Part shown: positions 48,201-61,842 of the stretch, piece by piece | Layout of the letters: every line of letters starts with the position of its first letter | How positions within the stretch are numbered: the stretch's first letter is position 1 | Source of the DNA: Octopus bimaculoides | Lineage: Eukaryota | Length of the DNA: 64,000 nucleotides | Direction: 5' to 3' | NCBI RefSeq assembly: GCF_001194135.2 | Contig: NC_069003.1 | Span: 8,298,603 to 8,362,602, forward strand | Translations under genes and position numbers: made by a program | Notes under the pieces: model-generated | What the model saw: the letters and a program-made list of their open reading frames with translations, nothing else | What the model was told of the DNA's origin: nothing | The model's database searches: none

Positions 48201-49024
48201 TTCCTGAAGAAACAAGACATAAATAATCGCCAAGTTTAGCCAGAGGAACTTTTATAAAGCATATATTTAGCGTCATGTTACGCAAAGGATATGATTTATA
48301 GATCACACTTCGAAATTACGAGGTGTCATTCTTCTTCTTCGTCTTCTTCTTCTTCTTCTTCTTCTTCTTCTTCTTCTTCTTCTTCTTCTTCTTCTTTCTC
48401 CTCCTGTTCCTCCTCTTCCTAGCTTCTGTTGCTTAAGTTGTTGTTGTTCTTCAATTTCTTCCTCTTTTTCCTCGTCTCCCCAGCTTCTGTTGTTGTTGTT
48501 GTTGTTGTTGTTCTTCTTCTTCTTCTTCTTCTTCTTCTTCTTCTTCTTCTTCTTCTTCTTCTTCTTCTTCTTCTTCTTCTTCTTNNNNNNNNNNNNNNNN
48601 NNNNNNNNNNNNNNNNNNNNNNNNNNNNNNNNNNNNNNNNNNNNNNNNNNNNNNNNNNNNNNNNNNNNNNNNNNNNNNNNNNNNNNNNNNNNNNNNNNNN
48701 NNNNNNNNNNNNNNNNNNNNNNNNNNNNNNNNNNNNNNNNNNNNNNNNNNNNNNNNNNNNNNNNNNNNNNNNNNNNNNNNNNNNNNNNNNNNNNNNNNNN
48801 NNNNNNNNNNNNNNNNNNNNNNNNNNNNNNNNNNNNNNNNNNNNNNNNNNNNNNNNNNNNNNNNNNNNNNNNNNNNNNNNNNNNNNNNNNNNNNNNNNNN
48901 NNNNNNNNNNNNNNNNNNNNNNNNNNNNNNNNNNNNNNNNNNNNNNNNNNNNNNNNNNNNNNNNNNNNNNNNNNNNNNNNNNNNNNNNNNNNNNNNNNNN
49001 NNNNNNNNNNNNNNNNNNNNNNCA

Positions 49025-49428
49025 TACTCATTTACTCTTTTACACGTTTTAGTCACTTGACTGCGACCATGCTCAAGCAGTATCTTTAGTCTAATTATTC
49101 TTTATGAGCCTAGTACTTATTCTATTGGTTTCTTTTGCCGTACCGCTAAGTTTCGGTGATATAAGCACGCCAACATTGGTTATCAAGCGATGTGAGGGGG
49201 CGGATAAACACAGAAACAAAGGCACACACCCATAAATATATATATATACACACATATAAATATATTCACGACAGGCTTCTTTCAGTTTCCTCCTACCAAA
49301 TCCACCCACAAGGCTTTGGTCGGTCCGAGGTTATAGTAGAAGACATTTGCGGAAGTTGCCACGCAGTGGAATTGAACCCGGAACCATGTGGTTGAGTAAC
49401 AAGCTTCTTACTGCACAGTCACGCTTCA
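49025..49428 (-). mobile_element. SINE family A, near full length (head, internal microsatellite and tail)
   Basis: From tttactcttttacacgttttagtcacttgactgcgaccatgc through gacaggcttctttcagtttcc..ccaaatccacccacaaggctttggtcgg to gaacccggaaccatgtggttgagtaacaagcttcttactgcacagtcac. Confidence 0.9.
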
Positions 49429-49451
49429 CGAATTATCTCCATATGTATATA

Positions 49452-51016
49452 TCAGGTCATCCCATAAGTTCTGTCCGATGTTATCTTTTTTAAAAGAGAA
49501 TGAAATTTAATAGTATCTTAGAATGTCTAATGGAATTAAAAATTATTTTGATGCATTTGTGTACATTTAAACTAATTAAATATTATTTTACAGAAAAATA
49601 GGATTAAAATTTCTTCGATAAAAAACCTTTTCTAATATGGAAGTATCCAAAGAGCATTTGAAGCGCATAATGCTTTATGAGTACAATAAAGGAAATTCTG
49701 CAGCCTAAGCGACTCGAAACATACACTAAGTTTATGGGAAAGAATGCTCGAATGAAAGAACTTGCAGAAGATGGTTTTCAAAATTCAGAAGTGGAGATTT
49801 CAGCTTTGANNNNNNNNNNNNNNNNNNNNNNNNNNNNNNNNNNNNNNNNNNNNNNNNNNNNNNNNNNNNNNNNNNNNNNNNNNNNNNNNNNNNNNNNNNN
49901 NNNNNNNNNNNNNNNNNNNNNNNNNNNNNNNNNNNNNNNNNNNNNNNNNNNNNNNNNNNNNNNNNNNNNNNNNNNNNNNNNNNNNNNNNNNNNNNNNNNN
50001 NNNNNNNNNNNNNNNNNNNNNNNNNNNNNNNNNNNNNNNNNNNNNNNNNNNNNNNNNNNNNNNNNNNNNNNNNNNNNNNNNNNNNNNNNNNNNNNNNNNN
50101 NNNNNNNNNNNNNNNNNNNNNNNNNNNNNNNNNNNNNNNNNNNNNNNNNNNNNNNNNNNNNNNNNNNNNNNNNNNNNNNNNNNNNNNNNNNNNNNNNNNN
50201 NNNNNNNNNNNNNNNNNNNNNNNNNNNNNNNNNNNNNNNNNNNNNNNNNNNNNNNNNNNNNNNNNNNNNNNNNNNNNNNNNNNNNNNNNNNNNNNNNNNN
50301 NNNNNNNNNNNNNNNNNNNNNNNNNNNNNNNNNNNNNNNNNNNNNNNNNNNNNNNNNNNNNNNNNNNNNNNNNNNNNNNNNNNNNNNNNNNNNNNNNNNN
50401 NNNNNNNNNNNNNNNNNNNNNNNNNNNNNNNNNNNNNNNNNNNNNNNNNNNNNNNNNNNNNNNNNNNNNNNNNNNNNNNNNNNNNNNNNNNNNNNNNNNN
50501 NNNNNNNNNNNNNNNNNNNNNNNNNNNNNNNNNNNNNNNNNNNNNNNNNNNNNNNNNNNNNNNNNNNNNNNNNNNNNNNNNNNNNNNNNNNNNNNNNNNN
50601 NNNNNNNNNNNNNNNNNNNNNNNNNNNNNNNNNNNNNNNNNNNNNNNNNNAATGCGTGACCCCATATTGCAAAGATCACATCACAGAAGATCAAAGAGCT
50701 TGGTTGGGAAAAAATTCCTCATCCACCTTATTCTCCCGACCTTGCTCCTTTAGACTACCATTTGTTTTGTAGTTTACAGAATCATTTGGGGGACATAACT
50801 TTTGCAAGTCAGGAGGAGGTTGAAACTGACATTTCAGAGTTCTTCACTTTGAAACCAAAAGAGTTTTACATTGATGGGATTAAAAAGATTGTAAATAGAT
50901 AGAAGGAAATCATAGATAATCAGGGGAAAGTACATTGATGATTAAATTTCAATTAAATATAACATTTGATCACCTGTTTCCTTTATTCAAAATTCGGACA
51001 GAACTAATGGGATGAC

Positions 51017-51020
<4 letters not shown>
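49452..51020 (+). mobile_element. Mariner (DD34D) transposon, TIR to TIR, pseudogenised; centre in the gap
   Basis: 27-bp TIRs tcaggtcatcccataagttctgtccga (49452-49478) and tcggacagaactaatgggatgacctca (50994-51020), with 2 mismatches and TA on both sides. The ORF from ATG 49637 reads MEVSKEHLKRIMLYEYNKGNSAA*ATRNIH*VYG..RRWFSKFRSGDFS. After the gap: NA*PHIAK..LGWEKIPHPPYSPDLAPLDYHLF..GIKKIVNR*. Confidence 0.92.
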
Positions 51021-51056
<36 letters not shown>

Positions 51057-51262
51057 CAAACACGGGAGTGCACACATGCTATATATGTGCACATGTACAT
51101 GTACGTATTTACATGTACGTACATGTATGTATGTATGTATGTATGTACGTATGTATGTATGCATGTATGTATGTATGTTTGTATGTATGTATGTATGTAT
51201 GTATATATATATGTGTGTGTGTGTGTATGTTCGTGAGTGCGCGTATGTATATGTATATGCTA

Positions 51263-51302
<40 letters not shown>

Positions 51303-51391
51303 TAGTATATATGTATGTATGTATGTATGTATATATGTATGTATGTACGTACGTATGTATGCATATTTGTATATATGGATGGATGAATGTT

Positions 51392-51484
<93 letters not shown>

Positions 51485-51997
51485 CTACATGTAATGTAAA
51501 TATCAAGTCATGGACACAGAATGTGTCAGGTACATACATTTAGCACGTATAATCATTTCCAGTTATTTACGTTTATCTATTGACGACATGAAAAATAAAC
51601 AGTTTTATTTTTAAGACTTCACATAGGAAGTATCATTAATTGATTAGAAGATGATGCTGTCGACCACAAAGTCTTTGACGGCGGTGACGAAGGCAGCAAT
51701 ACTGCTGCTGCTGATGGTGGTGAGGATTATGGTGTTGCTGTTGCTTCTGTTGCTGATGGTGGTGATTGATGATGCTGGTGGCTTCCATTTTGAGAGAATA
51801 GAATTGCTTTTAAAGAGCAGCCATTCAAGAACTATTGTGTTTGTATGTATGTATGTATGTATGCACATATGTATGTATATATGTATGTATGTACGTACGT
51901 ATGTATGCATATTTGTATATATGGATGGATGGATGTTTGTATATATGTGTACATACACACAAACATCTATATATGTACAATGTTTTATGTATGTGTG

Positions 51998-52028
<31 letters not shown>

Positions 52029-52869
52029 TACACACACATATATACATATGTGTACATATATACTAATATATATATATACATGTATATACATATATATGAT
52101 ATATATAATATATATACACACAAACATACAAACACACATATATACACGCACAGGCACGCACACACACAACCACATACAGACAGACAGACATACAGACAGA
52201 CACAGACACAGACACACTCACACATAAATCACATATACATTGATGCTGCAAGGTAAAAGATGGTAGTTTGATGTCATATTTCGATGAAGTGCAATCATTG
52301 TGTGATGTTGACAATACGAAAAGTAAGTTGCAACGTAGAAGGAAATGCTTTGTTCGCGGATAGACCATTATAATTATCAACAACTCTGTTGCAACGGTTC
52401 CTCTTTTATCACTAATGCCCCCGGCGGGCGAAACGGCACGATCATATCAACTTATTCCATAAAGCTGTCCGCTATAAATCCAGATCATTGTATCCATGTC
52501 AAATAATTATGATTATAGAGGAATCAGCTAGAACTGTTTCACAGATGTGGCTAATGCATTTGGAGGAGACATGGAATTTCATGAGCTCTTGTTTATAATA
52601 TATATATCCGATGAATTATAGGCAAAATGGTTGAAGTGTTGAATCATTAAATAACGTGCTCTACTTTCACTTTCGTTTTCGTTTTATCTTTATTTTCTAT
52701 TGCGATGGGCGGCTCTTATAACGAGTCGTGCATGGTTTATATCTCTTACTATCAAAGATATGTGTTTGGCAAGTTAAACGGAGTCTGATCACCCTTTACT
52801 GGATACTTTTTGTTGATGAAAATTTAACAATGCGTATTTAACGCTCATTCATTCTTACTTTGAGAAATG

Positions 52870-53085
52870 AAAGCGCGTGGTTTAGTGGTTAGGGTATTCG
52901 GCTCACGATCGTGAGGTCGTGATTTCGATCCTCCGTGGTGCGTTCTGTCCTGAGAAAAGACAATTTCACATTGTTTCGGTTCACTCAACTAGCAAAAATA
53001 AGTTCTACATGTATTTCAAAGGGCTAGTATTTTTACATTCTGGGTCACGCTTAATCTCCTTGAGAAATATGTAAGGAATAGCCGA
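52870..53085 (+). mobile_element. SINE family C
   Basis: gcgcgtggtttagtggttagggtattcggctcacgatcgtgaggtcgtgatttcgatcctccgtggtgcgttctgtcctgagaaaagacaatttcac. Confidence 0.7.
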
Positions 53086-53107
53086 ATATTAAAGAAATAC
53101 AGTTACC

Positions 53108-53260
53108 TACGATGTTGGCATTGGCTGCCTGGCTAACGAGTTTGCTTCCCAACCACATGACTTTGTGTTCGATCACAAATGGGCAAACGCTAGTTTCTTC
53201 TATTTTAGCAAAGAATTTTCCAAGAATTTGTGAGTTTCGTAGACAGAAACAGTACGGAAG
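53108..53260 (+). mobile_element. SINE family A, diverged
   Basis: gagtttgcttcccaaccacatgactttgtgttcga..gggcaaacgctagtttcttc..tgtgagtttcgtagacagaaac. Confidence 0.55.
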
Positions 53261-53472
53261 CCAGTGTTACACACACATATACATGTATAGATATACATAT
53301 ATACACATACATACATATACATAGACTATATATGTGTGAGTGTAAGTGCATATATATGCGTGTGTGTGTGTGTGTGTGTATGTATGTATCTATCTATCTG
53401 TCTACCCATCTACCTATCTATATACCTCTCTGCTTCTCTCTCTCTTTCTTACTCTCTTTCTCTCTCTCCCCC

Positions 53473-53504
<32 letters not shown>

Positions 53505-53525
53505 CTATCTATATCTATCTATCTA

Positions 53526-53603
<78 letters not shown>

Positions 53604-54171
53604 TATACATGTGTATATATACGCTTATCAACAGACTTCTATCCTGCATTCAGTTGAAAGAAATGTCTCTGAAGATGAATGAATTAAGTCTTAAGATGAA
53701 AAAATAATAAAGGGAGACACTTCGCTGAAATATAATCCCAGAAAATCGATTTGTACGCAATAAGACAGCTGCAATAATGAAATCAATGTCAGAGTTTATG
53801 TGTTTATCTCATACAAGGTGTCACATCACTGATTCACACTACTTCAGAAGAACGTTAGTGTCTTGGGAAATCTATTCGGAAATCACCGAAACACTTTCAG
53901 AGAATATTACAGCTTGGTGTTGAAACTGAAGCATCGACTCTACACGTCATCCGTATCAGTGTTTGACAAAGATGTGCAGACAGACGTTTCAGAGGAAATA
54001 TTTCTGATTGTTCGTCAGAGAAGGTGTATTTCAAATAACGTTCAATGACAGAACATTTCTGGTAAATAGGACAAATAATATGATGTGTTTAATGAAGCCG
54101 ATATGTTGCGGTGTCATTTTCATTAGGTAACATATAATGGTTGTAACAATAGTGACGGTATTGGCGTACAG

Positions 54172-54330
54172 GTTACGAGGTGTTCTTGAAAAGTTCTTGG
54201 CTTTAAGGGTATAGCAAAAGGCCTCGTTGGAGGCCCAAACTTCCGAGTTCTTTTACCGAGATTAGAAAAGCTGAAGGACCGCTACAATAAGTGTGTGAAT
54301 CTGAGAAAGGGAATAATGTTGGATAATAAA
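54172..54330 (+). mobile_element. Mariner-derived MITE, same family as 4472-4688, truncated by a SINE B
   Basis: tacgaggtgttcttgaaaagttcttggctttaagggtat...ttagaaaagctgaaggaccgctacaataagtgtgtgaatctgaga. Confidence 0.7.
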
Positions 54331-54337
54331 GAAATAA

Positions 54338-54535
54338 GAAACGTTAGCACGCCAGGCGAAATGCTTAGCTGTATTTCGTCTGTCTTAACGTTCTGAGTTC
54401 AAATTCCACCGAGGTCGACTTTGCCTTTCATCCTTTCGGGGTCGATAAATTAAGTACCTGTTACGTACTGGGGTTGATCTAATCGATTGGCCCTCTCTCC
54501 CCAAAATTTCGGGCGTTGTGCTTAGAGTAGAAAAG
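54338..54535 (+). mobile_element. SINE family B
   Basis: cgttagcacgccaggcgaaatgcttagc..ttctgagttcaaattccaccgaggtcgactttgcctttcatcctttcggggtcgataaattaagtacc. Confidence 0.9.
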
Positions 54536-55318
54536 TATGTATAAAGGTAGACATGGTCACACTAGGCAGTTTCACTTGGATCTGAAGGGTCTAGGGATCC
54601 AGTTCTAATCTATGTATGCTGTGGTTTACTGGCGATAAATAAATAACTACAGGGAACCAGTGAACTTCCCTGGGGGACTATAATGGAATTAAGACAGCCC
54701 TGGTTATATCCTTTAATCTGAAAAATGAAGCCATATTTGTCGAGTGTTGACGTAAATGGAGGCACATCCTTCTGTAAAGTAAATATAAAGTGGTAAGCCA
54801 GCGGAATCGTTAGGACCTTGGGCAAACTGCTTAGCGGCGTTTCGTCCGTCTTTAACATATTTATGAAAAGAAAACACCTGGGGTCAACGAAAACTCTTGA
54901 AAAGCGATCTCTCAGCATGACCGTAGTCCAATCACTGAGACAGATAAAAGAAAAAAAGAGAACTGTAACATAAAAACAAACAAAACGAAACGAAACAAAC
55001 ACATCAATTTTAAAAAAATAAACTGAGAACAGGCGAAATAATTATAATGAAAATTCGGAAGTTTATATATAGAAGAGTGTAAGTTTGCAAGTAAAAACTA
55101 GTAATAGATGCTCCAAAAGATTATTTTCATTTCTATTTTAATTATAGATTTAATGGAGGTTTTAAAGAAATTTTGAAAAACTTTCACGGATTATTTAAAA
55201 TCAGTCAACATCATGGTTTATTTGTTTATTTATCTCGCATACATTATTTGATTCCTGGTTTTTAAGTACACAAAATAAACACACATCCACAACACACGCA
55301 TACAGAGGGATAAATGGT

Positions 55319-55368
<50 letters not shown>

Positions 55369-55664
55369 GTGTCGATAGATAGGTAGGTAGATAGATAAAC
55401 AGAGAGCTGCAAATAGTAGAGAGACAGAGGGATTGATAGGGAAAGAAGTAGATAGATAGAATGAGGGATATATATATATATATATANNNNNNNNNNNNNN
55501 NNNNNNNNNNNNNNNNNNNNNNNNNNNNNNNNNNNNNNNNNNNNNNNNNNNNNNNNNNNNNNNNNNNNNNNNNNNNNNNNNNNNNNNNNNNNNNTATATA
55601 TGTATGTATATACAGAGAGGTAGGTAGTTTGATAGATAGATAATAGATAGATAGATAGATGGAG

Positions 55665-55712
<48 letters not shown>

Positions 55713-56282
55713 AGAAAGAAAGACAGAGAGAAAATGTAAGAGAGAAAAAAGAACACACTTTATATTTTTCGGGAATTCTTTGTTGATCTTTTTATCTGTC
55801 TGACTGAAATTTAGTTTCTTTTTCTATTTTCGTCAGAAAACTCTGAACAATCATGTGCTATTTATTGCCATATCTGTTTAGATCAATTCATTGAGCAATA
55901 GCACACTCCATTAGACCGTTGTTTTCTCAACTAAACTTCTAGAATCGTTATCTATTTAGTTTTTTTAATATTTTTGGGTGTCAGAAAAAAAAAGTATTTT
56001 CCTATAGATTATGTTATTGTTATTTGCTATTAATCTATTATCACATTATTTTTTTACACCGAGAGAGAGAGAGAGAGNNNNNNNNNNNNNNNNNNNNNNN
56101 NNNNNNNNNNNNNNNNNNNNNNNNNNNNNNNNNNNNNNNNNNNNNNNNNNCCGTATCGTTAGCTAAAACCGCCATTTTTCTCATAGATTTCGATGTTGCA
56201 GCAACCATATTTTGTATGTCCCCGATATTTATAAAGCTGTCTTTAAGTGAAAAAATTTTTTTTGTAAAAAAAAAAACTCCTG

Positions 56283-56337
<55 letters not shown>

Positions 56338-56584
56338 GTTGTTGTTGTTACTACATTTTCTTTGCTTATCTTTCTATATTTAGCCTCAATGCTGCACAAT
56401 GTATAATCCGATTTATTCATTCTAACTGAATTTTTCTGAATGCTACTGAATACTTGCTGACACCTTCTTCTTTACTTTCTAAAGATATTCAACAATTGAT
56501 TCTTATACAGTGAAGGCTTAACGTTTTGTCACCGCTGCCGTATCTTCATAACGCATTACTTCTAATACGCCAAACAGCATTATT

Positions 56585-56643
<59 letters not shown>

Positions 56644-56666
56644 GATACAATAGTACAATCATTTTA

Positions 56667-56748
<82 letters not shown>

Positions 56749-56966
56749 TTGTTGTTGTTTGCAGATATTCTCTAATCAAATAGTTTTCTATTTTCCAAAC
56801 TGCAACACAAGGAATATCAAGAACACCAACATCAATTTGATGTTGTACAATGAAACAAGCGTTTCCGAAGAGAGAAACTTCCAAACTTCTATAATTCATC
56901 GTAAATTAAAGGAACGGAGTTGGAAGTAAAATCTTTTACTCTAATCCCTATTTCCTATGACGAATC

Positions 56967-57029
<63 letters not shown>

Positions 57030-57409
57030 TGTTATTATTATTATTAGTAGTAGTATTATTGTTACTAGCTCTATTGCTCTGTCCGACATTAAAGCGAGTG
57101 CTTTGCTTTCTATGCACTTGTCACACTTAAATATATGGCTTCTCCCTGTCTTTTGTTGTTCGTCCTGCACTGCCAATCTTCGGAAATCTCGCCCATTGTA
57201 GTTGCAGCCTTATAATCATTTTGATTTATTAGAAAGACTGTGAGGTTTCACTTCGGGGCATCTTCTAAAGAAGGGATTTGGGATGTCATTAGTTGCGTAG
57301 CATGGAGACTTGTTGGTCAAAAAGAATTCGATTGGACAAACTTCTATCGCATTTGCTGCAGCGCGTACAAGTCTTGACAAATGCATGACAGCACTAAGTA
57401 AGCTTAGCT

Positions 57410-57530
57410 GTGGAGTTAATAAGCTGTCTTTGCAATCACGAAATTTCGGGTTCAGATTCATAGTTTGGTACCCTCGGCAATACTTTTCTGCTATATCTCC
57501 GGACCAACCCATCCTTTTAGAGTGGATCTG
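57410..57530 (+). mobile_element. SINE family A head, highly diverged
   Basis: gttaataagctgtctttgcaatcacgaaatttcgggttcagattc..ggtaccctcggcaatacttttctgctatatctccggacc..gagtggatctg. Confidence 0.45.
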
Positions 57531-57592
57531 AAACAAGATAAACACACACACACATATACATGTGTATACAAGTGTATGTGGGTGTACGTGTG

Positions 57593-57630
<38 letters not shown>

Positions 57631-58304
57631 AGACATACATGAAGGATCGAACTTATCGATATGAGCCTCTTTCCTCCTTACCTAAAGATTAGCGATTTAA
57701 CCACAAGATTTCATAGAGCTACAGAAATAATATGTTTTATTATGAGAAATGCGAATAAACATGTGGTTTCTCTGTTTCTCTTTCTGTGTCTCTGTCTATC
57801 TCTCACTATACATATATATANNNNNNNNNNCGATCTATACATAAGCATACATGTATAAACATATACTTCTATATATATATTTATAAATATGTGTGTATGC
57901 ATGTATTTATGTATAGACATGTGTATATATGTATATATGTTTGTGCTCGTACTTGTGTTTCTTGTGTATTAGCATGGTGATATTTATTCGTTGGCTGTAA
58001 TATTTATTGAAATCGCCACACACTAATCTTGAACAAATTGAGTCTAAAATCAGACACGGCAAGCTTAAACAACATAACGCTAGGAAAAATATATTTAAAA
58101 AAATTATAACTAAAAGCAGAGGAAATATTTATCACATCAATTTTGGTTGTGTTTTAATTAGAAAAAAAAAAGTAAACTAAAGTATAAAAGCGAATAGATA
58201 TCATAGAATAAGAATGAAATGGAAAAAAATATATAATATTTTGGCGCCTTACAGCGCTACACGTAAGTTTTAATATCGACAAATAAACTAATCTAACTGA
58301 TATT

Positions 58305-58909
58305 TATATAATACTTTGGGAGTAAATTATAATATGTCTAAGTTGGAAAAGCGAAAATGCTGTAATTAATAAATGAAGTGAGAATATATAATAATATCGA
58401 CATTTAGTTCAGAAGACGTTTGAATATGAAAATAATGTTTTAGATTGAATATTTCTAGTTCTTTTCTGCGTCATTCTAATCACGTCAGTCGGACTAGAGC
58501 TGTGACCTCTCAATTCTGAGTAGAAGCTAATCAAATCTGAGAGACTCCCTGATCTCCGAGCTACGTCCTCTGTCGAGTTACACCAATGATCCTCCGGGGG
58601 AAGGGGCACTTTGACTGCTTGTATTGGCGATCATGCTCTTTCAGTCGTTACCTAAAATTCAGGAAACTTAGGTGCAGTCTATAAATGAGATGGTTTGATA
58701 ATACCCATAGTCGCAGTTGGTCACACTTGGGAATTCGGTCAGCAAGCGCAGTGATGGTTGTTTCTGAAAGGCCCCTATCTCCACAGCCCTCTCCAGAATA
58801 GTAGGTAGATCGATAGATGAGTAGATATATTTAGTAGATATATTTAGTTAGTTATATAATACTTTGGGAGTAAATTATGATGTGTCTAAGTTGGAAAAGC
58901 GAAAATGCT
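58305..58909. repeat. 57-bp direct repeats (58305-58361, 58853-58909) around a ~490-bp more GC-rich segment
   Basis: tatataatactttgggagtaaattat(a/g)at(a/g)tgtctaagttggaaaagcgaaaatgct, 2 mismatches. Confidence 0.85.
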
Positions 58910-59169
58910 TAAAGCATAATGAGAATAGATAAAATATGAATTATTTCGCCTTAAAAAATTGAAGTACACGAAACTCATATCACCCCACATAACGTACGCC
59001 CTGGGTCACTTACACACATACACACACAAAGGTCCACATAACTGTCAGCTCGCCCCCATACATACTCACGCAATCGCCCCCATTCATACATACACATTCA
59101 CACACACCATTCTCACATACACACGCGCGCTTGAGCAAATTCGTTCGGCCGGTTCTCCTTCATTATCCC

Positions 59170-59420
59170 CCTTTCTTTCAACCTCTTTCTTCTGGCTATT
59201 TCATCACGTTAAGCCGTTAATCCCTACACATTTTTCTCCCTCTCCGTTTTCTTTCATCATCTTTCTTATTTTCCTCTGAATCCTTTCTATCGAAGAGCGT
59301 AGACACGAAACGTACAAGACTTTTCCATTCTTCCCGAGCATTAAACTAATACACCAGCTATTCTTACACTTGTCTTCGTCTTTTGTCTTCTGTAAATTTG
59401 AACTAAGTTTACACCCCCAC
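59170..59420 (+). mobile_element. Possible Penelope-like terminal fragment, related to 2770-2921
   Basis: cgaagagcgtagacacgaaacgtacaagacttttccattcttcccgagc resembles gaagagc..gctcgaaacgtaaaaccacctttctttccttccctgagc. Confidence 0.35.
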
Positions 59421-60007
59421 GTCTACACAAAGTGATGTTAAATATTACTTCTCTCTATTAATACTGCCTCTGTTACTAATATATATTAGGTATGGTATAT
59501 TAGTTTTTACAGAGTGCTGTATTTTTCGGAACTGATTCTTGCCGGAAATTTCATAAATCATCTCTCACAGCTCAAGGACATAAATTTATGCGTTATATTA
59601 TATCTTCTGTCAAGTTAACTACGACGTTAACATTTCCTGCATTATATTCACACCAATGATCGGCGAAAGAATACACATCCAAATATTCGTATTAATTTTT
59701 GTAGACGCGTGTATTTCTGAAGAGATATACATCCCAGTATACACACTAAAGAATACCCTCATATAATCACACCTTCCAACAAATATCTCTACTCTTGTAA
59801 GCATACAAAGGAATACATCTAAGAAGTTGTTTGCTGCTAAACTGAAATTATTGAATACTGTAAGGTATTTTCACAAGATAGAATTCCCTGAAAACAGTTA
59901 TTATTCTCTATGTCAACACTAAGAACTTCCTTTCTCCCGATTCCTAATCCACTAACGTTCTATGAAGAAGATATGGAATATTTAAATATATTCATGGAAT
60001 ATATTTG

Positions 60008-60152
60008 AGGGCGGCGAGCTTCGCAGAAACGTTAGCACACCGGGTGAAATGCTTAGCGGTATTTCGTCTGCCGTTACGTTCTGAGTTCAAATTCCGCCGA
60101 GGTCGAGTTTGCTTTTCATCCTTTCGGGGTCAGTAAATTAAGTACCAGATAC
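60008..60152 (+). mobile_element. SINE family B, 3'-truncated
   Basis: gggcggcgagcttcgcagaaacgttagcacaccgggtgaaatgcttagcggtatttcgtctgccgttacgttctgagttcaaattccgccgaggtcgag. Confidence 0.9.
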
Positions 60153-61037
60153 GGACTGTATATATGTATATACAGTATGTATATATACAGTTTTACCAAT
60201 GACCTTTTCTAGGAGCACTTTCAAGTGTAAATGTGTGAAAGTTTAATCACTACGGAAAATGAAACAATGGAGAGAGACAAGCGATTCACTCTCATACAAC
60301 CGAAACAAACTCGAGGTATTTTTTGACATGAATAACGGGTTCTATGTATTTACATAATTTAGTTATGTAAGATACTTTGTTTCCAAAAGGACATTGTTTA
60401 TGATATTTTAAAAATATTTTTAATTTGAATTTACCTGGTAGGTGATGATAAATTCTTGATTATTTTAGTGAAGAATTTTTTTCTTAAAATAGGAATGTAA
60501 AATTTATTAATTTGTAGTTTTCTTCCAGCACTTTCATAAATTCAATTAAAAATCCAATACGACTTAGAACTCTTCTTTGAATACCTATACAACTATTTGT
60601 TTATTTATCCCAGTTAAATATTGGCTAATAATTCATTTTATATGGCAATATTTAAACAATGTTTAAATAATTTTACATTCCAGTGTTTTTACCTCAACGA
60701 ACTTGTAATTAGATAAGTTGAAGATTTATGGCAGACTCTTTCCAGTTGTCTTCCAAACAGGAATATAATTTATGCATATAAATGTAGCGATGTCTGCCTT
60801 GTTTTCAGAAACTACAAACCGAGCTCAAAAATCAACGGGTTATTATTGTTGCTATTATTATTATTATTAAATACAAATTACGACAAAAAGTAAATAAACA
60901 AACGAAGTTTGCTTTTAGAAGCGTTGAGATGTCTTAGAAAGTTAAAGAAGTGATTTTCTAGCCACCTACACTTTTCTCTGCAAAATAGGGGTAGTTTATC
61001 CTGTTCAGGCTATATTATTAGCATTATTCTGCGATTG

Positions 61038-61078
<41 letters not shown>

Positions 61079-61113
61079 CATTATTATTATTATTATCATT
61101 ATTATTATTAACT

Positions 61114-61308
61114 AGGCAGCGAGCTGCTAGAATCGCGAGTACGCTGGACGAAATGCTTAGCGGTATTTCGCTGAGGTCGACTTTGCCTTTCATCCTTTCG
61201 AGATTGATAANNNNNNNNNNNNNNNNNNNNNNNNNNNNNNNNNNNNNNNNNNNNNNNNNNNNNNNNNNNNNNNNNNNNNNNNNNNNNNNNNNNNNNNNNN
61301 NNNNNNNN

Positions 61309-61367
<59 letters not shown>

Positions 61368-61812
61368 GACGGCGAGCTGGCAGAATCGTTAGTGTCCCGG
61401 AAAAATGCTTAGCAGCATTTCGTCTGCTAGTACGTTCCGGGTTCAAATTCCGCCGAGGTCGAATTTGTCATTCATCTTTCAGCGTCGATAAATTGAGTAC
61501 CAGTCACGTACTGGAGTCGATGTGATTGACTCTCTCTCCCTCCCCTCAAATACCAGGCCTTGTGGCTTTAGTAGAAATGATCATTGTAATTATTACTAAG
61601 CCGGCGAGCTGGCAGAATCGTGAAGACACCGAGCAAAACGGTTTGTGGCATTTCGTTTCTCTTAGCATTCCGAGTTCAAATTCCATCGAGGTTGATATTG
61701 TCTTCCATCCATTCGGGATCGATAAAATAAGTACCAGTTGATCACTAAGATCAATGTAATCGACCTACTTGCTCCTACGAAATTGCTGGCCTTGTGTCAA
61801 GATTTGAAACTA
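61114..61812 (+). mobile_element. Array of three SINE family B copies separated by (ATT)n (61114-61210, 61367-61580, 61598-61812)
   Basis: Each begins ..ggc.gcgagctg..agaatcg directly after attattatt. The first is internally deleted and runs into a gap. Confidence 0.85.
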
Positions 61813-61842
61813 TGATTCTTCTTCTTCTTCTTCTTTTTCTTC

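Noticed and set aside
53800-57000. Candidate exons with acceptor-like sites (e.g. 54780 minus, 56764 plus; also 47100, 43410 and 17250)
   Set aside because: The translations match no protein family I recognise, the donors are weak, and no consistent gene model emerges.
57060-57200. Minus-strand SHIFKCDKC resembling a piggyBac C-terminal Cys-rich domain
   Set aside because: The first Cys pair and downstream CF..FH are missing, and there is no TTAA/TIR evidence.
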